Origin: Tubulanus polymorphus
Lineage: Eukaryota > Animalia > Nemertea
Direction: 5' to 3'
Length of the DNA: 64,000 nt
Assembly (NCBI RefSeq): GCF_964204645.1
Contig: NC_134032.1
Location: 868,001-932,000 of the forward strand
Shown here: positions 1 to 10,924 of the stretch, in pieces
Position numbering within the stretch: position 1 is the stretch's first letter
How the letters are laid out: each line of letters opens with the position of its first letter
Notes under the pieces: generated by a model
The model's input: the letters and a program-made list of their open reading frames with translations, nothing else
The model's database searches: none
What the model was told of the DNA's origin: nothing
Program-made: the position numbers and the translations under genes

Positions 1-651
1 GGTCCGGTCTTTTTCCGAGCTGAAAGGTCGTTCGGTTCCTAATTCTAGGAGAACAATTCTTAAGATTTTGAAGTCAAATTTGTTGAAATTTGACTTTTCT
101 TTTTTGCGGTCGAAATCGGAAATTTCAGACTTTATTAGCTAGCGATAGAAATGGTATTCGTTTCAGAGATTGAGTATTTGATGCATCTTAAATCTTCGTC
201 ATTAGTATCGGTGAAATTTAGAATGAGTTAGTCTTTATTTTGAATGTAGGTAATAAACCCCCCCTCCCAACCCCCCTGGTAAAAATCCCCTAAGTTCAGT
301 TTTTTTTTTTTATCAAACAAGTATTTCAAGGATTTTGACAAGGGGGATTTTTACCAGGAGGATATTTCATGCTTTATTTTCTCTTTGAAAATTCTCTATT
401 TCGTTCGAAAAAGGTCTATATTTAGAGTAGACCTTTGCCACTTTGAACCGTGTCTATACGGCGAGCAACGAGGAACCTTTTACATCCTGGCAGCGAAGCA
501 GATTTATTTGAACACGAAATCCGGTTTATTTCCCAGAGTTGTGTTTAGAATATCGCCGAACAAAAGCCACGAAATAATATCCCATTCCTCTTATACGGCC
601 AGTAATACGTGCGCGTCTGCGATTTTATATTATAGGTACAGACTTGTCAAA

Positions 652-776
652 AACAATCTGATAAGAATGTTTACCTGCACTGATAAGCGCCGGGGCTTAC
701 GACTTGAAATTTCGAAACTTTACCTTTGATGGCCGTTCGGCTGATAAGCTTATTGATCCGACCCATAAATTTTGAT
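652..776. promoter_or_regulatory. Candidate intronic enhancer (GATA x3, Forkhead, TCF, Sox, Cdx/Hox13 motifs)
   Basis: TGATAAG at 659, 681, 742; TGTTTAC at 668; CTTTGAT at 724; AACAAT at 652; CCATAAA at 763. Motif match only. Confidence 0.4.
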
Positions 777-1194
777 GGCTGTCGAAATTCGCAGGGTGTC
801 TCCGGGTTCTAATGAGTCCACAGGTCGCCGCGTAGTGTAATACATAAAATAAATTGGACGTTTTGGAGTGGGCTAACACAGAATTTTAGAAAGTCTACAC
901 AGCCAAGACGAACTCGGCGAAACTATATTTATATGTTTAGCGACGTTTAGACTTGACTCATCTTAAACGCGTGATCTTTGAGTGATTCACGCTCGAGGCC
1001 AAAACAATCGCTACTTCAATTTTATTCGTCCGATTTCTTCCTTAAGTTTTTCGTATAAAAAAAAATGAGGTCGATCTCGATGGAACACTCCACAGAGTCC
1101 GTGGTGTAAAGATTGGTAAAAATCCCACGGTTATAAAAAGGAAAAAAAAAAAGAAAAATGTTTCCTTGAGCTAGTAGTTTTATACCAACGAAGA

Positions 1195-1612
1195 TTTCTC
1201 TATTCCTTTAGATGACTATTAGGATATAGTTGAAAAGTTGAATAAACTACACTAGATCAAGGAAACATTTCAGACTATTCTTATTGTGCAGGGATTTTAT
1301 ATTATCTTTACAACACGGACTCAGAGTGTTTCATCAATGGTTATAATGAGGACAACATCAGTATTCCTGAAGATGACTATTAGGATATAGTCGAAACGTT
1401 GAATAAACTACACTAGCTCAAGGAAACATTTCAGACTCTTTTTATTCTTAGTGTGCAGGGAATTTATATTATCTTTACTACACGGACTCAGAGTGTTTCA
1501 TCAATGGTTATAATGAGGACAACATCAGTATTCCTGAAGATGACTATTAGGATATAGTGGAAACATTGAATAAACTACACTAGCTCAAGGAAACATTTCA
1601 GACTATTTTTAT
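1195..1612 (+). mobile_element. Penelope-like terminal-repeat/retrozyme tandem (167-bp unit) with minimal hammerhead motifs
   Basis: Three head-to-tail copies of TATTC-CTGAAGA-T-GACTAT-taggat-ATAGTC-GAAAC-GTT-GAATA at 1201 (degenerate), 1362 (intact) and 1529 (2 changes). Confidence 0.8.
1362..1405 (+). ncRNA. Minimal type I hammerhead ribozyme
   Basis: Stem I TATTC/GAATA, core CUGAAGA, stem II GACUAU/AUAGUC, GAAA, palindromic AACGUU stem III, GUU cleavage triplet. Confidence 0.7.
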
Positions 1613-1773
1613 TGTTATTAGCAATTATTATTATGGTGTTGCTATAATTAATGTACTTTGTACCTGAGCAAACCTTAAACATTATAATTTTTTTTGTCAA
1701 ATAAAGTCATATATATTAAATTTAAGAAAAAAGACAGAATTTAGTAGAATTGAATTTGTAGGTCGTAAGATCT

Positions 1774-1866
1774 GGATCCAGTTCCACAGTTGTGAGTTAA
1801 AGTTAGTTCATTTTCAATGAGTTAGCCCAGAGTTATATCTTAACTCGGAACTGTGGAACTGGACCT
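1774..1866. mobile_element. Short PIF/Harbinger-like MITE
   Basis: TIRs GATCCAGTTCCACAGTT / AACTGTGGAACTGGACC. Confidence 0.55.
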
Positions 1867-2082
1867 TGAGTTAAAGTTAATTAGGTCGTACGAAATCTAC
1901 CAATCAAACGAATAACAAATGGCTGTTAGCTGAAACCACTGCGGTTCCATTTCAATAATTTTACCTGAAAAGAAAATGAAATCTGCTTATTGTAGCGAAC
2001 ATTCTTATTTTCTCTAATTCGAAATCAACGAAATTCTACTTTTTCGCATCTAATCGTCGTCTGAATTTGTTCTTTTTTCTAG

Positions 2083-2264
2083 ATCAAGGTGATGGATATA
2101 CGTTATTTCCTGATATGGAAGGTCGCGAGTGCGTGAACTGCGGCGCGATATCGACGCCGTTGTGGAGACGAGACGGAACCGGTCACTATTTGTGTAACGC
2201 GTGCGGTCTCTACCACAAGATGAACGGACTCAATCGACCGCTTATCAAACCGCAGAAGAGGCTA
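2083..2264 (+). CDS. GATA4/5/6: GATA N-terminal zinc-finger exon
   Basis: Pyrimidine tract plus AG at 2081-2082; CxxC-x17-CxxC; donors GTAGGT (2265) and GTAAGT (2271). Confidence 0.95.
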
Positions 2265-5200
2265 GTAGGTGTAAGTCTTGAATATCAAACTCCTTGATGA
2301 AACGCTTGTTGATGGATAGATACTAAAAGAAAAGAAAAAAATGATCCTTGAGCTAGTGTAGTTTATTCAACGTTTCGACTATATCCTAATTGTCATCTTC
2401 AGGAATACTGATGTTGTCCTCATTATAACCATTGATGAAACACTCTGAGTCCGTGTTGTAAAGATAATATAAAATCCCTGCACACTAAGAATAAAAAGAG
2501 TCTGAAATGTTTCCTTGAGCTAGTGTAGTTTATTCAACGTTTCGACTATATCCTAATAGTCATCTTCAGCAATACTGATGTTGTCCTCATTATAACCACT
2601 GATGAAAAACTCCGTGTCGTAAAGATAATATAAAATCCCTGTAAACAAAAAATATTAAGGAATATTGATAGTGGGATAGTCGTAAAATGGAAAATAACAT
2701 GTCCTACATTGCCAATTAGTTCTTAACGGTATTTTCGTACCAAAACTTATCCCGCATCCTAGCCCTATGCTCGCTGCTCGTAAAAATAACCCAGATTGAC
2801 CATAGCCCTAGTCATAGCCGGACTCGAACCTGCCACCAGCCACATACTAGCCGAGCATGCTCGCCGCTAGACCATAGACCAGTAACGGTTGACGTGGTTT
2901 GTAAGTTTGCCTACTTAGGGTGGCGACCATTAAGCTTTGGTAACCAGTCAGGTGTGGTGACTGGTGACTGGTCGGGCGTGGTGACTGTATTCAACAAAAG
3001 AAATACAGGTTTAAGGTTTTACTCTGAAAAAACCACCGTCCTGCTACAGACCTGTTATCATCATTCGACCATTCTGTATGTCCTTGTGTCTTGCGCATTT
3101 CAATTAAAGTCGATTAAAAATTGTACAGTCTAATGGCGTGAAGATGATATAAAATCCCTTCAAACAAAGAACAAAAGCCTATCTAGAAATCCGGGTGGCA
3201 TCTCAGAAACTATTCGCGTGAGACTGCAGCGATAGTCTAACAGTCGTTTCCATTTCTGTATCTGTACACAATCGTTCGAGTATTTCAAAATAGCGGGTAA
3301 GGATGGGTGTGGGGGTTGCTTCATTCAACGATGGCCACCAAGCGCCAGCTATTCTGGTCGTTCTTTCATGGGATTTCAGCTAAATCACGAAAAGGACGGT
3401 TCAAACATGTTTTAGCCTAGATCTAGCTAGTAGATAATCGTATAGACTCGAAAACAAGTATATGTTTACGAAGACTTTATGCGATTAATTTCATTTTCAT
3501 TTGATAGAGTTTTAACACGCATCAAAATGATAAAAATGGGTATCTTGTGTCCATGGACGTATCTAGTTTATGCACCCATGCAGTCGTCAGAAATCTTCTC
3601 AATGAAACTCGTCAATTAGGACTCGCAATTAAACCTGTCGTTAAGATTAGAATTGAACGATTTTTTGAAATGAACGAGTATTGAATTAAGTTTAGCTGAT
3701 GTCGTCTGAACCTAAAAACTTGTCATTCAATATACATAGGATAACGTCCTAGCTAAAACTATTGTAGGTTATGGGGGATATATCGTTACCCTAACCTTAC
3801 CCTAATAATTTTACTGGTTAAATAGTGAAAGTTTTCTAATGAACAGTGTTATCTAAAATGTCTTTTTTTATGAACTCCCTGAAATACCTTTAAGTATTTT
3901 GTCGCTACGTCACATTTTTGCTCGCAATAAAAACAGTTATGCATATGTTTATTGACAGAGACTCTTAAACTCTCAAACCAGGAAGTTTGTGGACTTGAAA
4001 TAAATTTGTTTTGAAAGTCGTAAATTTGCCAGTAATTGTAGTCCCGGGTCTGAGGGGCGGATCTAGGAATGTTTGAACAATTCATAATTTTGATAAATTG
4101 ACATATACCGAGTTTTTTGCTAAGAAACAGACGAAAATAAAGAATAATTTATTAGGGTTGGGCCTGGAAATTGGAATGGGAACTTTGGCAATGCGAGGGC
4201 TACATGTGAAACATCGGTGGAGGTTCTGGTGGCCCAAAAACAATTTCGGAAAAAAGGGGCTTCTCGGCCGATTTAGATTCATTTTTCTTTTTTGTTTTAA
4301 AATTTCTTTTCAAAAATGATTTTCCAGACTTGTTGGATGTCACATTAGAAATTTGAGCCCCCCTTATATCCGCCCCTGCCGGTCTACTGCACCACATACT
4401 GGCCACTAACTGGGTTAGAGTTCATTAGCTACGAATTAAAAATCAAAAACTTGATGGCGATTTTATGGCGCCAGATGTTGTTGTTGCGCGGTGGTTGTAA
4501 ATCGTAAACTCTCATAAAACCCTTTATGCATCGTATGTCGACTATATGAAATTAAACTATCGGATACAGGCGGCGCAAATAATAGGCTAATTGATATCTA
4601 TATTGGTTTTGACAGCGGAATATTGCGGGCACTTAGTCAGCAGGAAATGTTAACTGATAAAGTTAATGCACGATCAATTAATTAACTCGATTCGGCACCA
4701 GATGTCGCTACGTCATAGCTTAACTATTGTTTATTCCTTCGCATACCATGAAAATGGAAGTTGAGTATGACATGTATCTTATCTTATCTATTGATCGTAA
4801 ATTACTTACTGAATTCAGTGAAAAACTTTTCAAACTTGAAATACCTTTAGGAATTTTGATTTATGGAAAAACTTAGATCGAAAATCTATCAAAACAGGGT
4901 TTAACATATATAGATCCTGCAATAGAATGCATATCGTTATTATTGAAGGGTCGTTATGGCTCCTTTATTCCTTAAAAGTTCCTTCAAAACGGCCGACAAA
5001 TGCTTGTGCTTGAGACTCCTTTAATTTGAGCGAAATGTGAGAAACTCCTTAATAACTCCTTTCAACTTTGAGAAATTGGCAATAAGATATTTGATTAGTT
5101 GTACTGTTGGAACCAGGAACTTTTTGATACCCTACTAGGTGGTTTCGGAATTAGAAACCTGGTTTAGTAGTGTCAAGGTTAGATATCTGCTTACAAAAAC

Positions 5201-7518
5201 CACTGGATTAAAGGTTTACCGAAATAAACATTATGAATTTACGAGTCTACAGTAATCGGAATATGAAGGTGATGCAGTCGCTTCCTTAAAGTATTAGATC
5301 TTCTACTTGGAAACTACTTGGAAACTCCTTATATCCAGGAATGACTGATTATTTGGAACCCTGAATTGAAAACTTAAATAAAAATTCATTTCTAAAAAGG
5401 GCTTTGCAATAAGAACAATCTCAAAGCTCTAAGTAATGACTTAATGACTTTTTAAGTATTTTTATTTTCTGTTTTTCTTATTGTTATTTTCTCTTCCTCC
5501 ATGGAAATGGTTTGAGCGTAGATAAATCTATTTCTAAATCATACATATTATCATTATTATTATTATACCTTTCAGTCGACTGGTCGCCGAGTTGGACTCC
5601 AGTGCGCAAACTGCGGCACTTCGACTACCTCCCTCTGGCGGAGAAATAACGAAGGAGAACCAGTGTGCAACGCTTGTGGTCTATATTACAAACTCCATGG
5701 GGTAGGTTATTAGTCTCACTGTGCGCATTAGGCCTTAATGAAAATGTTATCAAGCTTTCATCAAAAAAATATACTTAGCCCACTCCTTGGTTCCAACTTA
5801 TCGCTGTGACTAGCGCCACCAAGCGAGAGAACTGGAAATTGAATGACCGTGTCCATCCTCGCTAGCCAGGGTTTGATAACCGCCCGCCGAAGCTCACGCC
5901 AACGCCAACCCAGGCCGCAAACCCTTCATTGGTCTATAGATAACATTGCTCACAATTCTGTTTCTCGATTTAATGGGATAAGGCAATCAGATGCGTTGTT
6001 TTTCACTGCCAGATTCGGTATATAGACTGGTGTCGGCCCAGGAAACCGTGGGCAATTCTAATAGATCAATTAAGGGCTTTTTGCCAGGGTTTGTGTTGGC
6101 GTGAGCCTCGGCGGGCCGCAATAAAACCCTGGCAAGCGAAGATGTACTGTGTCGATATCTTCCGTTGTATAAAGATATCATACTCACTTACCAGGGGCCG
6201 AAGCCCACGTCAACGCAAACCCTGGCCACAATTCCTCCATTGGTCTATGACACCGCTCAAGATTTCTTGGGCGGACAGGAGGACAGGAAAATTGAGTTAT
6301 GTTTATGGCATACCAACGCTGTTCTGCGGATTTACAGAAATACAATTTGCTCTGCCGTTTATCAATGATACAATTTGTTCTGCAGATTAACCGTCCGTTA
6401 TCGATGAAAAAAGACGGAATACAGACGAGAAAACGGAAACCAAAGTCAGCGCCACCTGGTAAAGATTCCTCTCACAACGTATCGCCGTTAAGTCACCAGC
6501 ATCAACGCGATTCAGGCATCGGTGGGTTGAGTTCGATAGCGGGTCGTCTACAGTTATCCCGGTAGATGGCGCGCTTATCTATACGAAAACTCATATTGAG
6601 ATTTATTTCATTTTCAATGAGCTTTCAAGGGAATTTTTAGCCTCCGACAAATTAGACAAATCCTGCCTCTTTGATAAACTAAGATTGATCATTAAGGTTT
6701 AAATCCGTATAAGCGCGACTTTTATTCATGTTCCATAGAATTTGAGAAAAATGGATGGATTTTAATTGAATCTGATAAACAAATCTGGCATCGTTGGCCT
6801 ACCGCTCACTAGCGACACCTGGTGGATCCTCACTTGCCACAAGTGGAATCCTCTATTGCCACAGTAGTTGTTATCCTACAGCACACTAGCGTTCGACACC
6901 TGGTGGATCCTCACTTGCCACAAGTGGATTCCTGGATTGGCGCTATAGTTGATGTCCTACAGCACACTAGTGACACTTGGTGGATCCTCACTTGCCACAA
7001 GTGGAATCCTCTATTGCCGCAGTTGTTGATATCCTACAGCACACGAGCGTGCGACACCTGGTGGATCCTCACTTGCCGCAAGTGGAATCCTCGATTGCCG
7101 CTATAGTTGATGTCCTACTGCTCACTAGCGACACCCGGTGGATCCTCACTTGCCACAAGTGGAATCCTCTCTCGTCGCAGTAGTTGATATCCTACAGCGC
7201 ACTAGCGACACCTGGTGGATCCTCACTTGCCACAATTGACTGTGGAGATAATTTTGTTATCATCAATTTCAGATTTTTCTTTCTCTTATTCCAGATATGA
7301 AAATGGGATCCTCGCTGCCGTCCCTTGCGTCCGGTATGGATCAACAGTCCGCCTACGCCAGTTACCTCCTACCCGCAAACGCGCAGATGACGTCATCGCT
7401 GAGCTCGGCGCTCATGCACCAATCGCTAGACCTACAGCATCATCATCCGTCTCATCATATGCATCATCATCCGCATCATCATCAATCGGAGATCCCGCAG
7501 ACCGTGACGAATCTGTGA
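2083..7518 (+). CDS. GATA4/5/6: GATA4/5/6-class zinc-finger transcription factor, 3' four coding exons (5' exon(s) outside the window)
   Basis: Exons 2083-2264 (or -2270; N-finger [49 protein letters not shown]), 5576-5701 (C-finger [42 protein letters not shown]), 6386-6521 ([20 protein letters not shown]...; alternative donor 6458) and 7295-7518 (His-rich end, TGA). GT-AG boundaries and phases 1/0/0/1 are consistent. [15 protein letters not shown] is typical of the GATA456 subfamily. Confidence 0.95.
2345..2645 (-). mobile_element. Same 167-bp hammerhead repeat, two copies, inverted orientation
   Basis: Reverse complement of the 1195-1612 unit; ribozyme motifs at 2364-2407 and 2531-2574. 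Confidence 0.8.
2790..2880 (-). mobile_element. tRNA-derived SINE head
   Basis: Minus-strand A-box TGGTCTAGCGG and B-box GGTTCGAGTCC; no complete cloverleaf. Confidence 0.55.
4052..4378. mobile_element. hAT-like MITE
   Basis: Termini AGGGGCGGAT...ATCCGCCCCTG with an imperfect ~8-bp flanking duplication. Confidence 0.5.
5576..5701 (+). CDS. GATA4/5/6: GATA C-terminal zinc-finger exon (missed by the ORF track)
   Basis: tttcag|TCG ACT GGT...CAT GGG|gtaggt; 42 codons, CANC...CNAC. Confidence 0.95.
6386..6521 (+). CDS. GATA4/5/6: GATA basic tail/NLS exon
   Basis: ctgcag|ATT AAC CGT...; [20 protein letters not shown]; phase-1 donor after 6521 (or 6458). Confidence 0.85.
6807..7234 (+). repeat. 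77-81-bp intronic minisatellite, 6 copies
   Basis: Unit cactagcgacacctggtggatcctcacttgccacaagtggaatcc... recurs near 6821, 6902, 6979, 7060, 7137, 7214. Confidence 0.9.
7295..7518 (+). CDS. GATA4/5/6: GATA last coding exon (His-rich)
   Basis: Strong pyrimidine tract ttccag|AT ATG AAA, phase 1 matching the previous exon; ends ...QTVTNL-TGA. Confidence 0.8.
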
Positions 7519-8956
7519 GACAGTAATACTGTGTGGTCGTGTACGCACACGATGAGGCAGTGCGCCCTATACGTGACGCACACGACGTAGCGCACACTAC
7601 TTAGTGTGACGAGAGAGCAAATACATGGCGTTACATAACTTTCCTTCTAGTATATAAACACGTTAATGATAGGGAAGCGTGAACAAGATATCATCCAGTA
7701 TTATTGTTAAACCGAAGTTGAGTCGCAGTCAAAAAAAAAACTCTCGTTTTTTTATGCGAAGTTGAGAGTTTAGTAATGTGCATTCTCCTTCGCCGGGATT
7801 CGAACCTGATGGCATCGAGAGACTCTGCCGATCAGCTGCGCGGGATTCGAACCCGGTGGCATCGAGATAATCTTGCCTTCTTTATAGAAAACCTGCTCTG
7901 GCAGCCAGCCTCGATCGCAACCAGAAAAATTAAAGCTTGAATATATAAATCACGCGTTGGCTAAAAATACAGCGAGCTGGTTTCGAAACAGTGAATTCGC
8001 CGATATTCAAATATATTCAGCTTTCGAGGAATAAGCGCAATCCGTTTTATCAATGACACTTTTCGCCGTCCTAAAAAAAAAAATATTTCGATTCCTTTAA
8101 TTTATATGTGTATGACTTGGTGGGCTGGGTTTAAATCGCTTGTGCACATTCCAAGAATAAATAAATGCTTATATATATATATATATATATATATATAATG
8201 ATAATATTAATTGATAGTAATAACCTATTTTGTAAATAATAATAGTCACAAGAAGAAGTTAGTGTAGTTTGATGATAGTCTAGATGCAATTGTTGAAATA
8301 TTGCATATAAATGTACATAGGTCAAACTGTTGGGATACGTTATGTTGACGGGGATCTTGTACGGGGGTTTATTCGTGCTTTGTACTTGTTTACTTTAAGA
8401 GATTGTTCACTCTAACGTTTTCGATCAGCTTTGGTCGATTCTTGTTCACGATGGCGAGATGATATCTTACCCGAATTGCGACGTTGATTTCAGTCGAAAT
8501 CGAGATCACCGATATGGTGTCGAATTCCGCAGTTTTGATGTCGTTACTAGGTTTTTAATCTCGCTTGACTTCGTTCAGATCTAGCTTTGCCGGGACTATA
8601 ATCGCGATTGGATTGTTCATTCAAACTCACCACGCGGTTTTGAGGTGAAAGCAGCCTGCGGGACTCGAACCCGGGACTGCCGGGTTTTAAATCGGCGCAT
8701 TATAGGTAAGTATCTAAACTCGCGACTGTGGAACTGTGACGCTTATGATTAAGATTGCAATCGTTACTTTGGTAAACATCGAGAAGAAGTATATCTGAGT
8801 TTAAGTTTAGTGGTTTCCAATATTTCAAGTCACATATCGGTGAACTGCATTCAGATACTTTTACTTTCAATGTTATATTCGTTCGGGTAGACTATCAATC
8901 GACACTGCTTTTTTTCTGTTTAAACGGTAAAATCGCTTTAAAAGTGGGAACTGCTA

Positions 8957-9470
8957 CACTGGAACCTCGTTATAACGATTCATCGGATATTGCAGATATA
9001 GAACTTTGTCCCAAGCAACACAATTTGATTAATTTCATACTGGATATAACGAACTATCGTTTATAACGAACAGATTTTCTGGTCTCCTGAAGTTCGTTGT
9101 AACGAGGTTCCTCTGTATATAGAACTATCGGTTATAACGAACTGATTTTCTGTTCCCGTGAAGTTCGTTGTAACGAGGTTCCTCTGTATATAGAACTATC
9201 GGTTATAACGAACAGATCTTCTGGTCCCCTGAAGTTCGTTGTAACGAGGTTCCGCTGTATATAGAACTATCGGTTATAACGAACAGATCTTCTGGTCCCC
9301 TGAAGTTCGTTGTAACGAGGTTCCTCTGTATATAGAACTATCGGTTATAACGAACTGATTTTCTGGTCCCGTGAAGTTCGTTGTAACGAGGTTCCTCTGT
9401 ATATAGAACTATCGGTTATAACGAACAGATTTTCTGGTCTCCTGAAGTTCGTTGTAACGAGGTTCCGCTG
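8957..9470. mobile_element. pogo/Tc1-mariner-type MITE with six tandem 71-bp copies of its right end
   Basis: TA|CACTGGAACCTCGTTATAACGA...TCGTTGTAACGAGGTTCCGCTG|TA; unit starts at 9051, 9122, 9193, 9264, 9335, 9406. Confidence 0.8.
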
Positions 9471-9627
9471 TATATTCAAACGGTTCTTGATCTCAGAGTG
9501 AGGGTGAATTTATATGTAATAGAAATCGGTGGAATTACTGCTGGCAAAATGTATTACATGTACGGTATATTATAGATTGGTCGGCAATAGACACTGTAGA
9601 GACATCTAGCGCGCTGTATTCACTATA

Positions 9628-10213
9628 GGGTCCAGTTCTACAGTCATGACCAATGTCTAAAGTTGTCACAAATTATGAGATTTGGCCTTGTTGATTGTTT
9701 ATGGAGCCGAAGTGAGCTTGGACTGGTCTAAAGTTTAGATCGGTTATAGAACCAAAATCAGTTTAGACCGGTCTTAAGTTATTACATTGGTTATTAGAAC
9801 CAAAATTAGTTTGGACTGGTCTTGAGTTGTTAGATTGGCTATAGAATCAAAATGAGCTTAGACTGGTCTCAAGTTGTTAGATTGGTTATAGAACCAAAAT
9901 GAGCTTAACTGGTATTAAGTTGTTAGATTGGCTATAGAACCAAAATGAGCTTAGACTGGTCTCAAGTTGTTAGATCGGTTATAGAACCAAAATGAGGTTA
10001 GACTGGTCTTAAGTTTTTAGATTGGCTATAGAAACTAAATGAGCTTAGACTGGTCTTGAGTTGTTAGATTGGTTATAGAATTTAAATGAGCTTGATTATA
10101 TTATTATTATTGGTTATAGAATCAAAATGGTCTCAAGTTGACAGATTGGTTATAGAACCAAAAAGCTCAGACTGGTCTCAAATATAAGCATTGCATGGCT
10201 GTGCTACTGGCCC
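9628..10213 (+). mobile_element. Harbinger-like MITE with internal 47-bp tandem repeats
   Basis: TIRs GGTCCAGTTCTACAGTCATG / CATGGCTGTGCTACTGGCCC; unit tagattggctatagaaccaaaatgagcttagactggtctcaagttgt. Confidence 0.7.
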
Positions 10214-10924
10214 CTGTATCACGGGTGTTAAATGGCAGTAAACTGTTACTGAACCCTTTTTAGTCGTTGTGACGCCTAGTGGCGCCTAAAGTGAGTGAGT
10301 ACTTCTCTACTGCAAAGTTGAACCAAGCTCGAGAACGAATAACTCAATGAAGTTATATATTGTAAATATACATATCAATTTATGAAAAAATATCAAAAGA
10401 AAAACATGTCAGGCTTTTATTGCTACCCTAGGGAGTTTCGATCGACGTATGTCGAATGTCGAATGTCTCATATCGTATACGACATCCGACATAAAACTTA
10501 TCTATGCAAGTCACAAGGATAGCAGATGATCGTCCCCCCTCGAGTACGGCGTTTAAATAAGATGTAAATAACGCGATATGGAGTTGTTTAATTGTGTAAA
10601 TCGAATTGGGTATCAATTAATTTATGGATTAAAATGAATAAAATATCTTTTTAAAGTTCCGTATTACTTTCTTGTCGTTTGGTAGATTGGTTTAACCAGC
10701 TATCCCAAACAGTACGCATACAAATATTAGTGGGTGGCACCAGGACACGGGCCTGTTCTGACGTCATGGTGGCTTAGGTGTTCGACCGGGAGATGTTGAT
10801 TCCGTTCGGTTCACGGTATAGTCAGAAAATTAACTTATACCTATTTCAATCTTGCTTCAGAAATACTGTGGTCTAGCCCAGTCAGCGCATGCGGTACATC
10901 TGTAGGCCGAGTACCGTTTTCGTG

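Noticed and set aside
6822-7183. ORFs in the GATA last intron
   Set aside because: Minisatellite translations.
7790-8700. tRNA-like GGTTCGA fragments
   Set aside because: Isolated B-boxes from decayed SINEs; no cloverleaf.
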